From Clostridiales bacterium UBA6114 (GTDB lineage: Bacteria > Bacillota > Clostridia > Oscillospirales > Butyricicoccaceae), in the NCBI GenBank assembly GCA_002423435.1, contig DIWE01000009.1, positions 133,161-157,160 of the forward strand: a DNA stretch of 24,000 nt, read 5' to 3'. Of the stretch, positions 1 to 7,282 are shown piece by piece. Made by a program: the position numbers and the translations under genes. Positions within the stretch are counted from its first letter, which is position 1, and every line of letters starts with the position of its first letter. The notes under the pieces were generated by a model. It was not told the origin of the DNA. It saw only the letters and a list, made by a program, of their open reading frames with translations, and did not search any database.

Positions 1-857
1 TCGGTCTCATACGGCTTTCCGTCGATCGTCACGACCTGATTGCCGCTCCAGTAGGTCTGGGCGCCGCGCTGATACGTCACGCTTTTATCGACAACACTGT
101 TTAACTCCTGCAGAATCAGGCGGCTGTCTTCCGTTTTATAGTAATAGATCTCACCGGCGTCGGGAGAGAGAGAGACCTCGGATAAGGCATAGCTCGCCTT
201 GCGTCCGTCCTGGCCTAAGATGCTGACCTGATCGTTTTCGATCGACGTAACGGCGCAAAGCTGATAATTTACTGGGGAGTCTTCGTCCCCCGTCATCGCG
301 TTGTAAATCATCAGAGCCGCGAAATCGCGGGTCACGGCGTCGGAAAGCTGCAAGGTGTAATTTTTAAGAAAGCCCTTTTCAGACGCGAGCGTCTGGGTGT
401 TGAGCATCCAGCCGATCCCGGTTAGTCCGGCCTTGTCGGTGTCGGTCCCGGTCGCGGCAAGCAGCATTTTCGCCATCTCATAGCCGGTCAGAGCGCCGTC
501 CGGCGAAAAGGCGCCGCCGTTTCCGGAAATCACGCCCTCGTCGTAAAGCGCCGAGATATAGCCCTTTGCCCAGTGGCTGCCGATGTCCGTAAACGGAGCC
601 TTGCCGGTATAAGCTTTTACGTCCGGGGTGCCTTTTTCCATCACGTAGACCATTTTCGCAAACTCCGCCCGGGTGACGGTCTTATCGGGACGAAACGAGT
701 TGTCGGAATAGCCGCCCAGAATCCCTTTTCCGATCAGATACGAGACGGCGTCCTTATTCCGGATTTCGTTTTGATCCGTAAATGCCGCCGAGGCAAAAAC
801 GGTAAACAGCATACAAAAAAGCAGTAAAACGGACAGTTTTTTCAATAATCGCTGCAT
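1..857 (-). CDS. SLH-domain cell-surface protein, 5' part only (C-terminus lies beyond the left window edge)
   Basis: Hand translation of the minus strand from the ATG at 857-855 gives MQRLLKKLSVLLLFCMLFTVFASAAFTDQNEIRNKDAVSYLIGKGILGGYSDNSFRPDKTVTRAEFAKMVYV...FTDIGSHWAKGYISALYDEGVISGNGGAFSPDGALTGYEMAKMLL... This reads as a signal peptide followed by SLH repeats. A GGAAGGA Shine-Dalgarno lies 7 nt upstream. The ORF track omits it because its stop is outside the window. I hand-checked the frame for stops only over 661-857; the rest is inferred. Confidence 0.8.
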   Translation of the reverse strand, partial: MQRLLKKLSVLLLFCMLFTVFASAAFTDQNEIRNKDAVSYLIGKGILGGYSDNSFRPDKTVTRAEFAKMVYVMEKGTPDVKAYTGKAPFTDIGSHWAKGYISALYDEGVISGNGGAFSPDGALTGYEMAKMLLAATGTDTDKAGLTGIGWMLNTQTLASEKGFLKNYTLQLSDAVTRDFAALMIYNAMTGDEDSPVNYQLCAVTSIENDQVSILGQDGRKASYALSEVSLSPDAGEIYYYKTEDSRLILQELNSVVDKSVTYQRGAQTYWSGNQVVTIDGKPYET

Positions 858-896
858 AGTGATTTCCTTCCATTTCAGGCGGCGTTTTCTAGTTTT

Positions 897-925
897 ATCG
901 TACTCCTTATGATACAAAATATCAA
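897..925 (-). promoter_or_regulatory. Candidate sigma-A promoter of the 1-857 SLH gene (TTGATA-17 nt-TACGAT on the minus strand)
   Basis: The -35 hexamer is at 920-925 (plus-strand tatcaa) and the -10 is at 897-902 (plus-strand atcgta), with a 17-nt spacer. The -10 lies about 40 nt upstream of the ATG. Confidence 0.4.
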
Positions 926-987
926 TGTAAAAGGGCCGTTTCCCAAATATTGGCGAACACGCCCGAGGCTTTCTCCTTTAAGGGAGA

Positions 988-1016
988 GCGCCCCGCGGAC
1001 GAAAGCCGCGGGGCGC
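988..1016 (-). terminator. GC-rich hairpin downstream of the 884-aa SLH gene (probable terminator, weak U tract)
   Basis: Arm gcgccccgcgg (988-998) pairs with ccgcggggcgc (1006-1016), giving an 11-bp stem. It lies 40 nt past the stop at 1056. No clean T run follows on either strand. Confidence 0.5.
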
Positions 1017-1055
1017 CCTTGATCCGTTGATCGGTATCTAACTTTCTAAACAGCC

Positions 1056-3710
1056 TTAATCTTCTTCAACGTCTGGCATTGTCGCACTGGAGTCGATGGC
1101 TATGAAGAGGAGGTCGTGCGAGCTGTCTCTATCCGTCGCATAGTAGCAGTTGCTGGCGCCGTCAGCATCGGAGGACGAGATCTTCGGATAGCCGGAGCCG
1201 GTCTCGCCCTTTCCTGCGTCACGGTCGACATAGATCGTTACCGTGTCTTCGGTGATGTTGTAGATCGTGCCCTGGATGGTGACCTTGGATGAGGACTTGT
1301 TGTACGACTGGATGTCGCCATACAATCCACCGTAAGCGTCAGTCGTAGTAGTATCCGCATCCCAGATGTCCTTGATGGTTCCGTCGGCTTTCAGGGTAAA
1401 CTTAACGAAATCTTTCTTCTTGACACCGTTCACAGCGGATGTCTCTTCTTCTATGAGATAGCTCTTGGATTCGCCGTTAACCCACATGGTGTATTTGACG
1501 TAATCCTCGTCGGTGGAGGAATTATGGCCCTTCATCGGGTCGCTGGTCAGGAAGCCGAAGTACAGGTCGGAGCCCGTGCCTCTCTGCGCCGGGAGATCAT
1601 CTGTATCGCTGAGAATGACGGCGCCCTTGATATAGCTGAAGCCGCCGCTTCTCTTGTAGGCGAAGGATGAAAGGTCGTCGCTTAAATCAAAGTCTTTGTC
1701 GAAGTCGCCCGCGCCGTAAATCTTCCATTCCGGCGTAGCTCCATCCTCACTAACACGATAGAAGACAACCGCGTCGTCGGCCAGCAGGTAGCTGCCGTTA
1801 TGGTTTTCGGCTGTATTGGAAACGGTGAAGATATCGCTGTCTTCACTATACTCAATATCCGCACTCGTCGTGTAGTTCGGGATATCCTGGCTCAGCAGGA
1901 TCGTTCCGTTGCTCTTGATGCTGTAAGCAAAAAGCTTTCCAACAACCGGCGTGGTCGCTGTAACTGCATATTCCCCTGTTGGAACCGTTACGATTTTGTC
2001 TAACTCAACTTCTTCAAGTTCGCCGTCGACATAAACTTCCGAATCCTTATTGAGCTCGTAGACAACAGGATCGTCCTCGCCCGGAATCAACACTTCGACG
2101 TTGGCTTCCTTTTTGCCTGCGCCGGAGCCGGTCTCGTTGGTTGCCGACAAGACATAAGCGTAATTGCCCGAGCCCGCGATGCCCTCGCCCTCAACGAGCG
2201 CAGCGATCCAGTATTTGCCGTCTAAGAAGACGGTGTAGGTGTCTCCGGTCTCAACGTCCTGCTCGGCTTCGTTAAGATCTTGAACATCGCTAACCGAGAG
2301 GCTCTTGCTGCCGCTGACGCCGCTGATATAGATCGTGGTCTCGGCTTCGGAGCTCACGCCTTCGATCTCGCCGGAAACGGATTCCGCTTTGGTGAGATAG
2401 TAGACGTCGTCGTCGGTGTTGGCTTCGTCCTGCCAGTAGAAGACATAATCGCCTTCCTCGATGCCGTCCGCGAAGACAACGGTTTCATCGTCGTCGTTTA
2501 AGAATTCCACGCCGCCCTCGCCGAAGCTGATGGACTGGGAATCCATGGAGTCGACATAGCTGAAGGTGCGCGCGGTGACAAAGCCGTAGTCGAGCTCGCC
2601 GTCGCCGTCAAAATCAACTATCGTGATCGGGTTGCCGCTGTTGATGTCGAGATAGGTGTCAACCCAATCCGACACGTCGCCGCTGATTTCCTCGCCGTTA
2701 CTGTCATAATTGTAGTAAAGTGTGAAATCGCTGGCTAAATCACGGCTCTTGCTGTTGAATTTGATCTGTTCATCAGGGGTAGCGCCGTTGTCGATATCGC
2801 CAAGGGTCATCGTGTAAACGTCGCTGTCCTCCGTCGGAACAATGTCGTAAACGACTTTATCGCCGTTTGTTTTGACCTTGTAGACAACGTTGACTTCCTG
2901 TCCAATATAAGTTCTGTCGGTTTCAAACTCATACGTGTAGTCGCTGTCATTATCGAGTTGGACGGTGTCCTCTTCGATATCGCCGTACATGTTGAAGCCG
3001 TCGGCCGCGGTCAGGATGCCTTCCTGCTCCTCAAGGGAGAAGTACTTCCTGCCGACCGTAGCGAGATAAGCGTCGCCGTCGGAATTCAGGTTTGTATACT
3101 CGCCGTCGCGGAGAACGACAGTCGCGGTATAAATGGTGTTGTAGAAGAGGATCGCCGAGTCCTCACGGGGAGCGTCGGACGAAACGTCGGCGTTGTAGTC
3201 GTCGAACAGGTTGTTCTCGAAAGCCAGCGACATCGTGGAGATGAGCCACTGGTCGCCGACCAGGTTCGCTTTGGTTGCGTCATAGCCGATAACGGTTAAG
3301 AGCATTTTCGCGAGCTGAGCGCCCGTCAGTTTGCCTTCGGGATTAAACTTGCCGCCGCCCACGCCGGCAATAATGCCGTTTAAGTAGCAGTAGTTAATGT
3401 AGCCTCTGGCCCAATGACTGGTGGACACGTCGGTAAAGGGGTTGGCTGCGTTGACATAATTCGACGAGCCTTCGTCCTTGCCGGTTTTTAACACATACAG
3501 CATCTTCGCGGCCTCGGCGCGGGTGATGGTCTGTGTCGGGCCGAAAGAGCCGTCGGGATAGCCCTTCATAATTCCGAGAGCGTAGATCATGTTGACCTGA
3601 TTCTGAGCGTCGATGCTCGAATCATCCGTGAAAACGGTAGCTCCCGCCATCATTGTGAACGCAAACGCGAACACAAGGGCCAATGCGAGTACTTTTTTCA
3701 AAGTATGCAT
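1056..3710 (-). CDS. S-layer-type surface protein, 884 aa, with N-terminal signal peptide and SLH repeats, then an acidic beta-rich body
   Basis: The ORF-track protein starts MHTLKKVLALALVFAFAFTMMAGA (signal peptide). SLH repeats follow: FTDDSSIDAQNQVNMIYALGIMKGYPDGSFGPTQTITRAEAAKMLYV and FTDVSTSHWARGYINYCYLNGIIAGVGGGKFNPEGKLTGAQLAKMLL, plus a degenerate third. AGGAGGA lies 7 nt before the ATG at 3710. The rest is D/E/S/T-rich and Cys-poor, as in S-layer proteins. Confidence 0.9.
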   Translation of the reverse strand: MHTLKKVLALALVFAFAFTMMAGATVFTDDSSIDAQNQVNMIYALGIMKGYPDGSFGPTQTITRAEAAKMLYVLKTGKDEGSSNYVNAANPFTDVSTSHWARGYINYCYLNGIIAGVGGGKFNPEGKLTGAQLAKMLLTVIGYDATKANLVGDQWLISTMSLAFENNLFDDYNADVSSDAPREDSAILFYNTIYTATVVLRDGEYTNLNSDGDAYLATVGRKYFSLEEQEGILTAADGFNMYGDIEEDTVQLDNDSDYTYEFETDRTYIGQEVNVVYKVKTNGDKVVYDIVPTEDSDVYTMTLGDIDNGATPDEQIKFNSKSRDLASDFTLYYNYDSNGEEISGDVSDWVDTYLDINSGNPITIVDFDGDGELDYGFVTARTFSYVDSMDSQSISFGEGGVEFLNDDDETVVFADGIEEGDYVFYWQDEANTDDDVYYLTKAESVSGEIEGVSSEAETTIYISGVSGSKSLSVSDVQDLNEAEQDVETGDTYTVFLDGKYWIAALVEGEGIAGSGNYAYVLSATNETGSGAGKKEANVEVLIPGEDDPVVYELNKDSEVYVDGELEEVELDKIVTVPTGEYAVTATTPVVGKLFAYSIKSNGTILLSQDIPNYTTSADIEYSEDSDIFTVSNTAENHNGSYLLADDAVVFYRVSEDGATPEWKIYGAGDFDKDFDLSDDLSSFAYKRSGGFSYIKGAVILSDTDDLPAQRGTGSDLYFGFLTSDPMKGHNSSTDEDYVKYTMWVNGESKSYLIEEETSAVNGVKKKDFVKFTLKADGTIKDIWDADTTTTDAYGGLYGDIQSYNKSSSKVTIQGTIYNITEDTVTIYVDRDAGKGETGSGYPKISSSDADGASNCYYATDRDSSHDLLFIAIDSSATMPDVEED

Positions 3711-3756
3711 GGATTTTCCTCCTTAACAATTTTGGGTATAAACCCTGACATTGTGA

Positions 3757-3785
3757 ATCATACCGTTTTATGGCAGGAGAGTCAA
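3757..3785 (-). promoter_or_regulatory. Candidate sigma-A promoter of the 884-aa SLH gene (TTGACT-17 nt-TATGAT)
   Basis: The minus strand reads TTGACT (plus 3780-3785), then a 17-nt spacer, then TATGAT (plus 3757-3762). The -10 lies about 45 nt upstream of the ATG. Confidence 0.55.
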
Positions 3786-3799
3786 CCATTTCCGCTAAT

Positions 3800-3821
3800 C
3801 TGTAACATATCTGTAACATAA
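3800..3821 (-). repeat. Two tandem 11-bp units CTGTAACATAT / CTGTAACATAA, 14 nt upstream of the -35
   Basis: Read directly: the units start at 3800 and 3811, an exact 11-bp period. Confidence 0.85.
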
Positions 3822-4024
3822 GGCCGTTTTGCCCAAATATAATCCAATAAAATCCATATATATTATTATAAGGTATAATCAAAAAGCGTCTTGCAGCTTT
3901 CGCCGCGGGGCACTGCAGTCTGTAGACAAAGTAAGGTTCTTACGTTTTTTTATGCGTTGCGTTTACATACCATTTTTTCAAAAAGCCGAATCAACTGGAG
4001 AGCGCCGGCTTTGTCGACACTCAA

Positions 4025-4056
4025 AGGCGCCCCGCGGCTTTCGCCGCGGGGCGCCT
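4025..4056 (-). terminator. GC-rich hairpin downstream of the 859-aa SLH gene (probable intrinsic terminator)
   Basis: aggcgccccgcggc (4025-4038) pairs with gccgcggggcgcct (4043-4056), a 14-bp stem. The loop reads GAAA on the minus strand, and the minus strand continues TTTGAG. It lies 30 nt past the stop at 4086. Confidence 0.6.
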
Positions 4057-4085
4057 GGTCAGAGTTACCCGGATATTTGGTTTAT

Positions 4086-6665
4086 TTAAGCCAATGTTTC
4101 GGGAAGCGTTGCGCTGGAGTCGACAACGATGAAGAGCAGGTCGGACGGATGGTCCTTATCGGTCACGTAGTAGCAGTTGCTGTTGGTGGCGGCGTCGGAG
4201 GAGGAGATCTTCGGATATCCGGATCCGGTTTCGCCAGTTGTCTCATCGTAATCGACGTACAGTGTAACCGTGTCTTCGGTGATGTTGTAGATGCGCCCGC
4301 TGATGGTGATCTTGGAAGTGGTCTTGTTGTAGGCCTGGATATCGCCGACATTGCCCGCGTTCGCGTCGTCGCTTGCGGTGTTGGCATTCCAGATGTCCTT
4401 AATGCTTCCGTCAGCTTTCAGGGTGAAGGCGACAAACGCCTGCTTTCCGGCTACCGCGCTGTTCGTATCTTTATCTGTGTAGGTCTTCAGCTCGCCGTTT
4501 ACCCAGACGGTGTATCTGACGTAATCTTCGTCCGCGGAGGAGTCATGGCCTACCATCGGATTGCCGGTCAGGAAGCCGAAGTACGTGTCGGAAGCGGCTC
4601 CGCTCTGCTCAGCGAGATCCTGGTCGTCGTCGATGATGGCGGCTTTAATATAATTGAATCCGCCGACAGATTTGTAGGAGAATGCGCACAGGCTGGCGTT
4701 GGCATTGAAGTTCTCGTCGAAGTCGCCCGCGCCGTAAATCTTCCAGGTGTTGCCGGTGGTGTTGTAGAACACAACCGCGTCGTCCGCCAGGAGGTAGCTG
4801 CCGTTGGCGGCTCCCGCTCCGGATACCGTGAAGATGTCGCTGTCGCTGTCATATTTGATTTTCGCGCCGGTCGTGTAGTTCGTCAAATCCTGGGTCAGCA
4901 GGATCGTGCCGTCGCTCTTGATGCTGTAGGCAAACAGTTTGCCGGCAACCTGATTGGTGATGTCGCCGAGCGTGACCTTCACGAGATCGCCGTTCGCGTC
5001 AACGTATTTGGAATCCTTATTGAGCTCGTAGACGATAGGATCGTCTTCGCCCGGAATCATGACTTCGACCTTGGCCGCCGTTTTGCCTGCGCCGGAGCCG
5101 GTCTCATTGTCAGCGGATTTCACGTAAGCGTAGTTGCCCGAGCCCGCAACGCCGTCCTCTTCGGAGAGCGCCGCGATCCAGTACTTGCCGTCTAAGAAGA
5201 GGGTGTAGGTATCGCCGATTTCCGGAGCGGCCTGGCTGGCTTCGTCGAGATCATTGGTGGCGGTGTTGACCGCAAGCTCCTTGCTGCCGCTTACGTCGCT
5301 GATGTAGACTGTGGTCTCGGCCGACGAGCTGTGACCCTCGATTGCGCCGGAAACGGAGTCGGCTTTCGCGAGATAGTAGTTGTCGTCGGCTAAATCCTTG
5401 TAATAGAAGACATAGTCGCCTTCTTCAATGCCTTCGGCGAAAACAACGGTGTCGCCGTCGTCATTTAAGAACTTTTTGCCGCCTTCGCCGAAGCTGATGG
5501 ACTTGGAGTCCATGGAGCCTACATAGCTGAAGGTGCGCTCTGTAATAAATCCGTAGTCAACCGTGCCGTTTCCGTCGGCGTCGATCAGGCTTACGGGATT
5601 GCCGCTCTTAAGGTCAAGATTTGCGGTGATAAAGGCATTGAGGTCTCCGCCGTTTGCCAGGGCGTCACCGTAGTTCTTGTACAGCTTAAAGCTGTTGTCG
5701 AGCGTATAGTTCTTGTTGTTGAACTTGACCTGGTTGGCGTTTGTGCCATGATCAATATCGCCGAGAGTCAGGCCATAGACCTTGCTGTCGCCTGTCGGGA
5801 CGATGTCATAGACTGTCTTGTCGCCGTTTGCGGCAACCTTGTAGACGACCTTGACATCCTGGCCGACAAACTCTCTTCCGCCTTCAAAATCATAATCGTG
5901 ATTGTTGATCGTGATGGTGTCCTCGTCGACGTTTCCGTCGGTCATGTCAAAATCGTTCGCGGCGGTCAGAACGCCCTCTTCCTCTTCAAGGCCGAAGTAT
6001 TTCTTTCCGGCTGTCGCAAGATAGGCGTCGCCGTCGGAGTTAAGGTTCGTGTATTCGCCGTCGCGATAGACAACGGTCGGGGTATAAACGGCGTTGTAGA
6101 AAAGAATCGCCGCATCCTGGCGGGGAGCCGCGGCCGACACGTCGACCGTATAGTCGTCAAACAGGTTGTTTTCAAACGCGAGCGACATTGTGGAGATCAT
6201 CCACTGTGTTCCCACGAGGCCTGCCCTGTTTGCGTCGTAGCCGATCACGGTCAGGATCATCTTCGCAAGCTGCGCGCCCGTTACCGAACCCTCGGGATCA
6301 AACTTGCCGTTACCCACACCGGCGATAATGCCGTTTAAGTAGCAGTAGTTTATGTATCCTCTGGCCCAGTGGCCGGAATACACGTCGCTAAAGGGATTGG
6401 CAGCGTTCTTATAATTGTCCGAGCCAACGTCTTTGCCGTTTTTAAGAACATAGATCATTTTTGCGGCTTCGGCACGGGTAATCGTTTTGTCGGGTCCGAA
6501 TGAGCCATCCGGATATCCATTGACAATGCCGAGCGCAGTAATCATATTAACCTGATTCTGCGCGTCGATTTCTTCATTGTCGGTGAAAACCGTTGCGCCA
6601 GCCATCATTGTGAACGCAAAAGCGAACACAACGGAAAGTGCGAGCAGTTTTTTCAATGTGCGCAT
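4086..6665 (-). CDS. S-layer-type surface protein, paralog of 1056-3710 (859 aa from the preferred start)
   Basis: The ORF track gives 4086..6698. The internal ATG at 6665 is preceded by AGGAGGA at 7 nt and yields MRTLKKLLALSVVFAFAFTMMAGA, matching the paralog's N-terminus. The protein is collinear with the 884-aa protein over its full length, for example ...RGYINYCYLNGIIAGVG..., ...GDYVFY..., ...TGETGSGYPKISSSDA...SNCYY...DLLFI..DSSAT. Confidence 0.9.
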   Translation of the reverse strand: MRTLKKLLALSVVFAFAFTMMAGATVFTDNEEIDAQNQVNMITALGIVNGYPDGSFGPDKTITRAEAAKMIYVLKNGKDVGSDNYKNAANPFSDVYSGHWARGYINYCYLNGIIAGVGNGKFDPEGSVTGAQLAKMILTVIGYDANRAGLVGTQWMISTMSLAFENNLFDDYTVDVSAAAPRQDAAILFYNAVYTPTVVYRDGEYTNLNSDGDAYLATAGKKYFGLEEEEGVLTAANDFDMTDGNVDEDTITINNHDYDFEGGREFVGQDVKVVYKVAANGDKTVYDIVPTGDSKVYGLTLGDIDHGTNANQVKFNNKNYTLDNSFKLYKNYGDALANGGDLNAFITANLDLKSGNPVSLIDADGNGTVDYGFITERTFSYVGSMDSKSISFGEGGKKFLNDDGDTVVFAEGIEEGDYVFYYKDLADDNYYLAKADSVSGAIEGHSSSAETTVYISDVSGSKELAVNTATNDLDEASQAAPEIGDTYTLFLDGKYWIAALSEEDGVAGSGNYAYVKSADNETGSGAGKTAAKVEVMIPGEDDPIVYELNKDSKYVDANGDLVKVTLGDITNQVAGKLFAYSIKSDGTILLTQDLTNYTTGAKIKYDSDSDIFTVSGAGAANGSYLLADDAVVFYNTTGNTWKIYGAGDFDENFNANASLCAFSYKSVGGFNYIKAAIIDDDQDLAEQSGAASDTYFGFLTGNPMVGHDSSADEDYVRYTVWVNGELKTYTDKDTNSAVAGKQAFVAFTLKADGSIKDIWNANTASDDANAGNVGDIQAYNKTTSKITISGRIYNITEDTVTLYVDYDETTGETGSGYPKISSSDAATNSNCYYVTDKDHPSDLLFIVVDSSATLPETLA

Positions 6666-6713
6666 AGATTTTCCTCCTAAAAAATTTTGGGTACGCACCC
6701 TTGGTCTGTTTGT

Positions 6714-6742
6714 ATGTTATCTGGTTTGCCCATCGCAGTCAA
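6714..6742 (-). promoter_or_regulatory. Candidate sigma-A promoter of the 859-aa SLH gene (TTGACT-17 nt-TAACAT)
   Basis: The minus strand reads TTGACT (plus 6737-6742), then a 17-nt spacer, then TAACAT (plus 6714-6719). The -35 hexamer and spacer length are the same as in the paralog's promoter. Confidence 0.5.
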
Positions 6743-6756
6743 TGCTTCGAAACGAT

Positions 6757-6800
6757 CTGTAATGCAACTGTAATTCGGCTGTAATGTAACCGTAATGTGT
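6757..6800 (-). repeat. Four tandem 11-bp units (CTGTAATGCAA, CTGTAATTCGG, CTGTAATGTAA, CCGTAATGTGT), 14 nt upstream of the -35
   Basis: Read directly: the units start at 6757, 6768, 6779 and 6790, an exact 11-bp period. Confidence 0.85.
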
Positions 6801-7014
6801 TTTTTTCTGCCATATTCCCCGCATCGGGAGCAAAAAACAACGGCTCGTTTTTGAAAACGGCAAGCCGCCGGATTCCTTTCTTTTGCCGCAAAGTTTGATA
6901 AAACGGAGGCTCCCGGGATTTTTAGCTATTTGAACGGGCCTTGCTTTCCTTCTTCTTTTTCCTCGTCAAAAAGCTTTGTGCGCCGCACTTTGCGGTTCAT
7001 CATTTTTGATTTTG

Positions 7015-7036
7015 TTGTAACACAATTGTAACAGGC
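7015..7036. repeat. Two further tandem 11-bp units TTGTAACACAA / TTGTAACAGGC in the long divergent intergenic region
   Basis: Read directly: the units start at 7015 and 7026. They share the TGTAAC core and the 11-bp period with the repeats at 3800 and 6757. Confidence 0.8.
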
Positions 7037-7282
7037 GGGAACGAAAAACTTCCTTTCTTTGGAAAAGGCGTCGTTTTTCTTATTTCTGGTGCGCGGATTG
7101 GTTTTGAGGCTTGTTTTTTATACGATGGGGGAAACGAAAAATGTCTTAAAACTGTTTCAACAAGTCACATAAGCATTTTTTTGTCATATCATGTAATTAG
7201 GAGACGGATAACAAAGATTGCAAACGCGATAAATATTTGTTGTTTTTAAAATTTTTTTAATACAAACTTTAAGGTGAGATAT

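Noticed and set aside
3891-5195. A 434-aa plus-strand ORF, together with 5748..6338, 2958..3299 and other ORFs antisense to the S-layer genes.
   Set aside because: It lies entirely antisense to a well-supported SLH gene. Its Gly/Val/Arg/Ala-rich, low-complexity translation is typical of the reverse frame of an Asp/Glu/Thr-rich gene. There is no RBS and no recognisable motif.
6666-6698. N-terminal extensions in the ORF track: MRTQNFLGGKS before the SLH signal peptide, 15328-15384 before dctP, and 16428-16529 before the MBL gene.
   Set aside because: In each case an internal ATG has a well-spaced Shine-Dalgarno and gives the expected N-terminus (a signal peptide, a lipobox or a conserved start). 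The extensions have no RBS and overlap upstream genes or hairpins.
6757-6800. Whether the short tandem repeats (also at 3800 and 7015) could be a CRISPR array or a mini-satellite.
   Set aside because: The units are 11 bp with no spacers, there are at most four copies, and no cas genes are present. The array lies immediately upstream of promoters, so a regulatory-site interpretation fits better.
6739-6813. A roughly 24-codon minus-strand ORF (MAEKNTLRLHYSRITVALQIVSKH) running across the 11-bp repeat array.
   Set aside because: The only purine-rich stretch lies 3 nt from the ATG, too close to serve as an RBS. The ORF runs into the predicted -35 of the S-layer promoter. Its periodic sequence is simply the translated repeat.
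6850-6915. A possible c-di-GMP (GEMM-type) riboswitch suggested by GGCAAGCC ... GCCGCAAAG. I also scanned 7820-7990, which contains GGCAAACCC.
   Set aside because: Only fragments resemble the GGCAAAnC / GACGCAAAGCC consensus. The required paired stems with a tetraloop and receptor between and after these boxes are not present on either strand. A covariance-model search (Rfam GEMM-I/II) would be the decisive check.
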